Origin: the human T2T-CHM13v2.0 reference genome, Homo sapiens
Direction: 5' to 3' (one strand)
NCBI RefSeq assembly: GCF_009914755.1
Contig: NC_060925.1
DNA length: 64,000 nucleotides
A program made the position numbers and the translations under genes. Below the pieces are notes generated by a model. The model had not been told where the DNA came from and did no database searches. It saw only the letters and a program-made list of their open reading frames with translations. Numbering within the stretch: the first letter of the stretch is position 1; the number at the start of each line of letters is the position of its first letter. Shown here piece after piece: positions 54,907 through 64,000 of the stretch.

Positions 54907-57299
54907 CTTATTATTTATAGGTATTTTTGCTGGATATAATCGGATGACAATGATTTTCTCTCAACACTGAAAATGCTATTATACCATCTTCCAACTTCTG
55001 CTGTTCTTTTTGATATGTAATTGGCAGTCTGATTTGCCTTCTTTTCTCATGGTTGCTTTTTACTCCTTCTCATTTTTGTGGTGTTCTAAACTTTCAATAT
55101 AATATGAGTGAATAGGAATTCTTTTTATTTTGCCTTTGCAGGATTTGGTGTATTATTAGATCTATTGAATTGGTGACTTTTGTTACCTTTTGGCAATATT
55201 TTTTTTTCAAATATTGCCTCTGTCTTATTATTTATTTTCTTTTCTTCTAAAATTTTCATCAGATGTACATTTGACTTGCTCACGATTATTTACTTCTTCG
55301 TATGGTGCCATTCATAATTTAAGAATTTACCTCGACAAGCTCTAGGCACTAAAAATCAAACAAAAGACTAATTGGTCAGTGTTCCTATATTTGAAACACT
55401 TACTGTAATCTCTTTGAAGTCATTTGTTTGTTATTTAGCTGTGCATCATTTTATCCCTTTCTGCTTTTCTCTGCTCCAGAGTACTGAGAACTTTGTCTTG
55501 GAACTCTTAGTGTATGCTGCTTGAGTTAATAAAAGGGATATTTACTTGTTAATCGTTCAAATCAAGCCTCCACATATTGCCACCTAAGAACCACCCTTTG
55601 AAACTAAGGATAATAGTGTGTATGTGTATGTGTGTGTTTGTGTGTGTGGAAGCATATACGAATGATGTAACTGTCCAAATGTTTTCATTAGAGAAAATAC
55701 ATTCCACTATGCAGCTAGGGAAGTGGAGGAAGATGACAAGTTGGGAGGGAACAATTGAGATTTCTCTTTCTAACTCTCCCTCCTGCCTCCCCATAGAAGT
55801 GTCTTCTCTGTTTAAGAGAGAGAGAAGTTTGACTTGCATATCAACTGCATTAATCAGAGGGTGGGGCCAAAGCAGGGTGACTTTGCCAGTTCTTTCTTAG
55901 CTTTCTGTCAATCTCTTGGAATGACCTGCACTCAAACATTTCTGTATTTCTATATCATGAAATGAGTAATCCAAGTCAGATCTTTACTGTCTCAGTTATA
56001 ACTTCCTCACTTGTGACTTAACGTTTGAGTCAGAATAGTGTGGATCCTGAATTCCAAAACTTGAGTGGAAGGAGGCAGCACTGCTGTAGTGTTCAGTCTA
56101 GCTGTTCCCGGAGATCCATAAATAAAGCTGATAATTTGTTCAATTTAGCTCAATTCTGTGGATTTTTTTTCCCTACTGACTAGAGACCAAGAAAGGAATA
56201 TGGTGATAGAATTCCAACATTGTATTGTACCTTGGAATTTTCATAGATTGTGTAGAAACAACTACTCATGAGAAATAAAGGCTGGATAGTATTTACTGTA
56301 ATTGATTACAATAAATGCAATGAATTGGCAAATATTGAAATACATTTTAATGGCAAAATATATCTCTTTACTATTATGTAAAAATTGGTGATTAGGAGAA
56401 AACATAATGAAACAGAAAGATAATGAATTAAAATGGCTTTGGGTAGCATATATCCTAATTATTTTCTTTTGATTTGTTTTTTAGTTTGCTGTTAACTGAT
56501 TTTGAAGTTTTGATGATTCCTGTAAGGCAAGGATCAAATTTAGTAGAAGTTCTTGTATTCTTGAAATTACATCACAAGATTTATTGAAATCAATGTCTTC
56601 AATGTTCTACTCAATGTCTCAGCCTATTTTTCTGAAGAAAACTCTTACAATTTTTATAGGTAGAATAAAAAACATCACCAAACTCAGCAAATAACTTTCA
56701 AAGAAGATATCATTAATGAATAAGTGAAGAGAAAATGCTTGTAGATAAAGTGGCTTGATGTCCAGGATGGGAAAACACTGGTAAAAATTTCCCTGCTTAA
56801 AAGAGGAAATCATGTTCTTGAACTTGTATTACTCATCAATGAAATGCATAGCTCTGATAACAAATACGAAGTATCCTGAGCCTGCCATCTAACACATCCA
56901 TAGACATGCTGTGAAAAAGGAAAGGTAAGAGTGGTCTTAAGGAGATTTATTTTGGAGGATACACCAAAACAACAATAACACCAACACCAACAAACACTAG
57001 AAAAACAAACAAACCAAAATTCCATGAAATTCACCTAGAATTTTGAGTTCACTTTCCTGACTAGTTTGCACTGTTTAATTTGTGCAATATAGAAACTGTG
57101 ACTTAAAGAGGCTAAATAGTTAGTCAGAGATGACTCAGCTAGGTGGCTAGGATAGACCAGATCCAAGTCAAGAATTCCTTGTGCTTGAAAACAAATTCTT
57201 TTAATTAGGATAACCCCATCATAGTTAATGGCTATTTTCTCAACAATTCAGTGGCTATTCATGATATGTGAACAAATATGGTATAAGACTTGTATTCGA

Positions 57300-57668
57300 T
57301 GCTGTGATCTGAATGTGCCCCCAAAGTTCATATGTTGAAACTTAATCACCAGTATGACAATATTAAGAGGTTGGGCCTTTAGGATATGGTTAAGTAATGA
57401 GGGTAGAACCCTCATGAATGATATTAGTGACCTTATGAATGGATTGAAGGGAGTGCCCTAGTCCCTTTTGCCCTTCTGCCTTCTGATGTGTGAGAACTCA
57501 GCAATAAGGCGCCATCTTAGAAGCAGAGAGCCTACACCAGACACCAATTCTGCCAGTGTCTAGATCTTCAATTTCCCAGCTTCCAGAACTGTAAGAAATA
57601 AATATCTGTTCTTTGTAAATTACCTAGTCTCAAGTATTTTGTTATAGCAGCACAAATGGACTTAGACA
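57300..57668 (+). mobile_element. MaLR solo LTR (MSTC/MSTD-like)
   Basis: tgctgtgatctgaatgtgcccccaaagttcatatgttgaaac...gttatagcagcacaaatggacttagaca. Confidence 0.85.
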
Positions 57669-60115
57669 CTGGCCAATTATCTGGTATGTTAACAAAAATG
57701 GGGTAAGTGATCAACATTTGCACATGAGTAAGTACACAAATAATTAGTTGTCTAGCTCTTAGGATTTTTAAAAACTATTACATGAAAAAAGAAAGTACAA
57801 AGTATAGTGACATCATTCTGTAATATTAAATTCACTTGCTCTTCTGAATCATGTTTTTGATTTTTAATCAAACTAGATCTGTCTCAGAATTAAATAACCA
57901 ACTCAATTTCTTTGGGAAATTAAGCTATGACTTCTGTGTGTCTAAAATGCAGTCTTTCTGTGTGTCTGTGATTCCTTTGGCCGTTATTCTCAGATGATTT
58001 TTTTTCTTATGATAATATAAGTGCTAGTGATGAATGCAATTGACATCATAATACAATGGCCTCGCAACAACAACAAAAAACCAAACAAGCAATAAAAGTT
58101 AGGATAGATTGAATACAAATTGCTATTTGGTATAATATTTAATGCTTTTTCTGCACTGAAGTTTTCAAAGAGAACAGCATATACTCTGTGCTCTTAAGGC
58201 TAACAAAACAAAAACACTAGCTTTTTGTACACCTTGAAATATAATACCATGTAATTTATACATGCTGTTGCCTTGACAGTTTTATTTCACATTCCTAAAC
58301 TTCCCTTGAGCAAAGCTCTTAAAAATTATATCTAGCAGTAGAAAAGTTGGAGTCTTTAAAAACAAAATCAAAGGAGACAAAACTTGCTTAAAGTCTTATT
58401 GTCTATTTTCCCAACATTACCTCTTTGCCCATAATCCAGAAGTGAATGTTCTATTTCTAAAGTTATTTTTAGTACATGCACTTTTCTGCTTCCCTAATTC
58501 TTTTTAAAATGCAAACTGACATACATATGAACCACCCCCTCTGCCCCCACCCATAGAAACTCACAAACATTGAAAATACTAATGGGCTCCACATAGGAGA
58601 GAAGACTTAATTGTTTTTTAATAATAGAATAAAATTAAGAAGATTCAAAAGTAACCTATATTATAAATATTAAGTTCCCAAGAGAAATAAAATGGATCCA
58701 AAATGAGCTGTTCATAGAAATTGTTTCCATACATTAGAGGCTAGCATGAACAGCTGTCTAGATTTTTAATTTTTCTGAGATACCAAACTCATTTTAGTAA
58801 AACAATTGAAGTATAATTTTAAGATTATGGTATCAAATGAATAAAAGGTAAATTAACATTTCTGCATAGTCATATCGATGTTAAGTAAACATAAATTGGC
58901 TAAACAATTACATAAACTGTGAGTATTCACATTACAAAAAGTGTGACCTCATTTTGCAAAATCATTAACTGCTTCCCTTAATACACGTAAGCCTTGGATA
59001 ACAAATCAGTAACTGCTTTGCAAAAGTGAAATGGAGGAAAGGTAGAAATTTTGAAAAGTATACCTTTAGGAGCCATTGCTAAACAAAATCATTTGGAAAT
59101 GAAACTAACGTTGTAACTCTTAGGCAATAAAAGGTAAGTTTTATTAATAGGTTTCACTTGTTTTTAGAAATATATCTTTCAATAAATTCTTTTTTATTTT
59201 TCCTCCGCTGTTGAATCCAATGTTTTACAGCATTTTTCTCCCTTCTTGTTTCTCTCTTCTATGACACTCCTGAGAAAATACCCTACTTGAGACCCAAGAT
59301 TCTTTATACTACCTTGTAACCATTTTCCTTCTCACAAGAAGCCAATGAATGAATGATTGGTGACTATATACAAAGAAACAAAAGGAAGGAGACTACATGG
59401 AATCTGATCATCCTTTGTTAAATGTTCTCTTTGGAAATAATTCTTATTTTGTTTTCTTTTTTTAATTAAAATCATGATAAAGCTTGCCCATCAGTGTCCT
59501 AAAATAATACACAACACAGTCGAACATGTGAAACACAGAATATCACAAAGGATCATAAATTCTATTGTGAGATTAATATTATACCTCTGTCGCATATAAT
59601 AGTTGCATGGGCATACTTTACAAATCCTTGGTTGCTTCTGAAGCAGTCCCTCTCGTGTCTACCCCACTATTCAGAAGGCTATCCTGCTATGGATTATGAG
59701 ACCACTTACGTAGTTGAAGAACTCCTTCTCCCAACAGAAGGCAGCAGCTGTGTGGGATTTACTTATCTGAGTATCCTTGTACTATACCTGATAGGGAGTA
59801 AAGGGAGAATAAAAACCTTTGGCCAGTCTTTGCATCTAGGTGTTCTGAAATTTTTCTCTTGCTGTAATTAAAAGACTCAAAGTACCTTAAATGTGGTGGT
59901 TCTTAAGGCAAGTATATATTGATTTTTTTTATCTGGTAAACAGTAATGATAATGTGTTATATCACAAAAGACAAAACAATCTTAAAGTTATTTAGATGCA
60001 ATTGTATTTTACCTTTAATTCACAATTTTTTAACCCTTTTCTGTCAATAGCATAACACAAAAATTCCTGGGATAGATGTTCAAAGAGAGAGATTATATAA
60101 CCAGAATTAAAGGTA

Positions 60116-60154
60116 TTAGGTTGGTGCAAAAGTAATTGGGAGTTTGCTATTACT
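60116..60154. mobile_element. Half MADE1 / solo Hsmar1 TIR
   Basis: TA|ttaggttggtgcaaaagtaattgggagtttgctattact. Confidence 0.8.
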
Positions 60155-60881
60155 CACTATGAGGCCTTATATTTTACGTATAGTGGCGGTAGGAAAATAA
60201 CGAAACTATTGGATCCACCTTTTTCCCTCCAGAGGCTACTACTTACATTTTTAGCATTATTTGCTTCCAATTTTCCATATTTCATAAAGGTAATTTTTTT
60301 TCTAGGAACAGCTAATGGATGTCTTGGAGCATTTATTGAGAGGGAGAAAAAAGAGAAAAGCAATATTCACTTTGAAAGTTGCAACTTTGAAAGGTGCTGC
60401 ATTACTATGCTTTGTAATCCTTACTTCTTCTCTTTCTTAGGTAGAAATGGTTATTTTAAGACTGGACTTATACTGTGAGGTGAAAGTAAAATAAGCCAAA
60501 ATTTTTCTATGAGAAAAAATTAAGTGATGATAAAACCATTTGCAAAAGTAAAATCTGAAAATATGAATGTGTAATTTATACATACATGTAAAATATTCCA
60601 ATATGTATCATGTTAATACCTCTTCTGCTTCTTGCCTGTTAGTTGACTTGATCTATGAGCTATTGTCAGTTCAAAGGGACAGATTCTCATCCTGACACCC
60701 AGAATCTCTATATCACAGAAAAAATTTACAAAACATGCTGCAAGATAAGCAGATTGGGAAATCAACTCTCTTATTTTCCTGATTGAAGGCTGATTGTAAA
60801 TTTGTCGTAAAAGGCTGAGTAGCATTTTTCCATTCCTATGTCTCCTGGGGGTCAGCCAGGCATTTGTATTGTAGGACCTAG

Positions 60882-61042
60882 GCCAATGTTTCTCCAAGTG
60901 TGGCTCTAGAACCACCTGCTTCAGATTTGTCCAGGGCCCCTCCTGTCAATTTCTCGCTTCCACTCAAAAGTGACTAGATAAGACATGTATGTTAAAAGGG
61001 CACTTCCAGTGATTGTCATGTGCAGTGTGTTTGGAGACCAAT
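60882..61042. mobile_element. MER5-like hAT remnant
   Basis: caatgtttctccaagtgtggctctagaaccacctgcttcaga...ccagtgattgtcatgtgcag...tttggagacca. Confidence 0.6.
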
Positions 61043-61740
61043 TAATCAATGATCCCTTCCCTTTTTCCTTTGTATCAACTTCAGTTTTAGATATACAGCG
61101 TTTGTTGGGGGAAGTTAAGCTCAGTGAAAGATAGAGTAAAAGTGGCTCCAGAAGAGAGAAAATGAAGGGTGAGAGGCTGATGCTTGGAAAGAAGAAGAGA
61201 GTGGACTAAGGAGGGATCCATCCCACTGGGCTGAGTTAATGGGAAATGGCTTCCATGGATGATGGAGACCAGCACAGCTCCTCAGAAGGCATTGATGGGT
61301 GTGGCTTATGGATACTGGAGGGCTGATGTGGCTGAGCTGGCAGACTGTGCAGACTCCCTCTGTGAGGGGCATCTCTCTAGTTTGCTCTGAGAAGCAGTGT
61401 CTGACAGATGTTCAATAGTGGCATCATGTGTAGCAGAAAGAAAAGCCACAAATAGGGAAAGCACCACACACCAAAGACCATGCTGAACTTCAATTTCCTG
61501 AAATCACATAAGGCTTCGTCATTTTGCATAATTTAGTGGATGAACATAGCGGGCGAAGGAATGAGTGTGAACACTTAATGCTCAAATACAGACTGGAATT
61601 AAAAATCCTCTAAAGACAATGGACAGTTCTTACATTCATGTTACATTCAAGGTATATGGAGCCAATTTATATCATTGAAACATGTAAAATTTAAACATTA
61701 ATTGAATATTGAAATTATACCTTGGAGGGTAACTAAAAAT

Positions 61741-61810
61741 TCTTCATCTATTCTTCTATTTCTATTCTATTCTATTTCTATTTCTTCTATTTCTATTTAA
61801 TCTATCTTCT
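61741..61810. repeat. Imperfect (TTCTA)n repeat
   Basis: tctattcttctatttctattctattctatttctatttcttctatttctat. Confidence 0.8.
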
Positions 61811-62399
61811 GCTCTTTCTTATTTGAATACATATGAAATATTTAAAATAAAACATTCACTGTATGAAAGTAACTGAAAGAATTTCTATTGTGGATGTAGA
61901 AAGAAGGGCATCTATTTTTGTTTAGAGAGATCATGTGAGCAATGGAAACTATTAATGTAAATTCAATAGAAATTCTTTTTGGTTGAATGTCAATAGTATT
62001 TAATGTCTTTGGGAAAAGCATCAAGTTGTCTATTAGGCCTTTGCCCATCTCTTAAATTATTGATTCAAGTGTTTATGTTTTAAGGAGTAAATAATATAAT
62101 CGTATAATAACATGATTAAAATATACTTTAGCTTTAGTTTTCTTAGTTCTTGTATATGTATAATCAGATGGAAATTGAGCTATTTCCATTATACTAATAA
62201 AATCATTAAACACTTTCCCTCTATTATCTGGAGAGTTGGAAATAATTTTAAAAAGCATTATCTTGAACTCTAGTCATTGTTTAAATTCCCCAGTTTGTGT
62301 CTGAAAAATGTAGCTCAAGTGTTTTAACAAAGCTTTTGGCCTTTTTTTTTTTTTAATAGAAAGACAATCTGAATCATGGTATTGTAGGCAAGTCTAAGC

Positions 62400-62604
62400 T
62401 TTTTTTTTTTTTCTGAGTATTGTGGAAAGCTTCAATTAAATCCTTGGGTATGAATGGAAACCTTTGGTTAGAAAAAATATTTTTAACTAGTTAGGATGTC
62501 ATTTTTTTTTCTGTGAGTATTGTGGAAAGCTTGAATTAAATCCTTGGATATAAATGGAAGACTTTGGTTAGGAAGAATATTTCTAACTGGTTAGGATATC
62601 AATT
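62400..62604. repeat. 100-bp-period tandem duplication, ~89% identity
   Basis: 62414-62501 vs 62514-62601: 10 mismatches in 88 bp, no indels; each copy begins after a T-run. Confidence 0.93.
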
Positions 62605-63559
62605 TAGAGCTATCAATGCACTAGAAATAGGCGGCCATTTTAGAAATATCAGTGCACTGTTTATCCTGGCACTGTCAATAATTAACAATGCAGCTCTGAA
62701 ATAAGGAACTTCATGTCTTTGTGACTTAGTTTTCCCATCTGTAAGTTGGAGATAAGAGTCTTTTTTTACGCCTACCTGGCATGGTCATTAGGAGTGTAAG
62801 TTGAGCTTACACTGAGGGTTGAGTGCTTCCTGGAATGAAGGCTCCTTGGATACCAGCAGTGAGAAGAGGAAGGAAAGTCAATGAATGAATATAGAACCCA
62901 CAGGGACTCAAATAGACACCAAGAGGATCAGGAGTCAGAGAATAGAGAAGATGTGGGCTCAAATTATACAGAACTTGCTGGAGAAAGGGATGCAAGGACA
63001 ACAGCAGCAGGTGATAGAATAACAGACGTGTAGGAGTTTAGGCATAAGAAGCTCCAAATATTCTGTCCTTGGCTTTAGTCAGGGACATTGTCAGTGTCAA
63101 CTATCAGGTACAAATGGGAGATTTCAGGGATGGAATGACAGGAAGAAACTGAGAAGTTGGGGGTGGAGAGTAGAAGAAAGAGGAGGAAAGAAATGCAAAA
63201 GGGAAGAAAACAGATATTTCTGGTATTCCCATTTTGTTTTCTGCAAGGGCTGCAGAATGACAGGAGGAAGAGAAGGAAGAAGGAGGAAAGAAGGCTTGCA
63301 TGGCTTGTGTGTATGAAGACCCTTTCAGGGAATGTTTTGACTCAAGAATCTGCTGAACATTTACTTGTAAGGAACAATGCAGCAAGAGAATATGTAATGG
63401 AGGACTGATTACATATTCAGTTTGGATGAGTGAAAGAAGTATATTTGCTGTAATCCAAATTCTGGAGCCAGGAACAAATGCGTTTTAGATCAGCAGAGAA
63501 GCTAATCTTAATTTTAACTTCAATTTAAGAAAAAGAAGATGAGAATTGCTAGACCTTTC

Positions 63560-64000
63560 TTGTTTGAAGACCTCATCGTCTGTCACCTCGACTGGTATAA
63601 TGTTTTCTCTTTCTGCTGCTAGTCACTTCTTGTAATTTATACTGGACATTGCTGTTAGTTATCTTAAAACACACACTAACACACACACATACAGAGACTA
63701 CTGACCATTGCTTAAAAGTATTTATTACCTATAGAATAAAGTCCAAATTCTCTGATGTAACATTGGTCCTTTTGGGCCTGTGACACCAGCCTGCCTTTCT
63801 AACCTCATCTCTTCCAACTCCCTTAATTACAGAAAGTTCAGTTTATTATCAATTTTCTCTCCCCACAGAATTTCTGGAACACTTGAGAACAGATCTGTTC
63901 TGAATGCCTCTTGTAGACACAATACCATCCAGTCCTAGGTTTCTGGTCTCCATGGGCCTGGGAACTACTGTTTAGTCCACTCCAGGATCATCTTCTATGG
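63560..64000 (+). mobile_element. L2 fragment
   Basis: ttacctatagaataaagtccaaattctc...cctgcctttctaacctcatctc. Confidence 0.55.

Larger units (their letters stand above)
53570..55290 (-). mobile_element. Old L1M fragments interrupted by MLT1 and an Alu
   Basis: T-rich L1M antisense motifs (aattctgtcaatttttgctttatgtat; ttttgctggatata). Confidence 0.6.

Overview
Human-type genomic DNA: AT-rich and repeat-dense, with Alu, L1PA and a human-specific SVA_F1. It looks intronic or intergenic. I find no intact protein-coding gene and cannot name the locus. Nearly all listed ORFs are L1 ORF2 remnants, Alu or SVA-VNTR frames, pseudogene fragments or chance. The centrepiece (22.1-26.8 kb) is a nested structure. 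An ancient L2 was split by a full-length processed GAPDH pseudogene (+). A MAST2-exon-1-spliced SVA_F1 (-) then inserted into the first bases of that pseudogene, with a perfect 14-bp TSD that is the GAPDH mRNA 5' end. A MAST2 exon-1 CpG-island fragment now sits head-to-head with the pseudogene start, a candidate human-specific promoter capture. The MAST2 segment carries a 20-bp frameshifting duplication. Other notable structures: a twin-primed L1PA with a ~25-bp 3' transduction; a 44-bp near-perfect inverted duplication ~740 bp apart; a 26-bp perfect direct duplication at an ERVL/Alu junction; a snap-back hairpin in an L1MA; two hAT elements sharing one 8-bp target; a 100-bp tandem duplication; and a fragmented ERVL provirus. 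Repeat subfamily names come from recalled consensus sequences, and boundaries of old elements are approximate.
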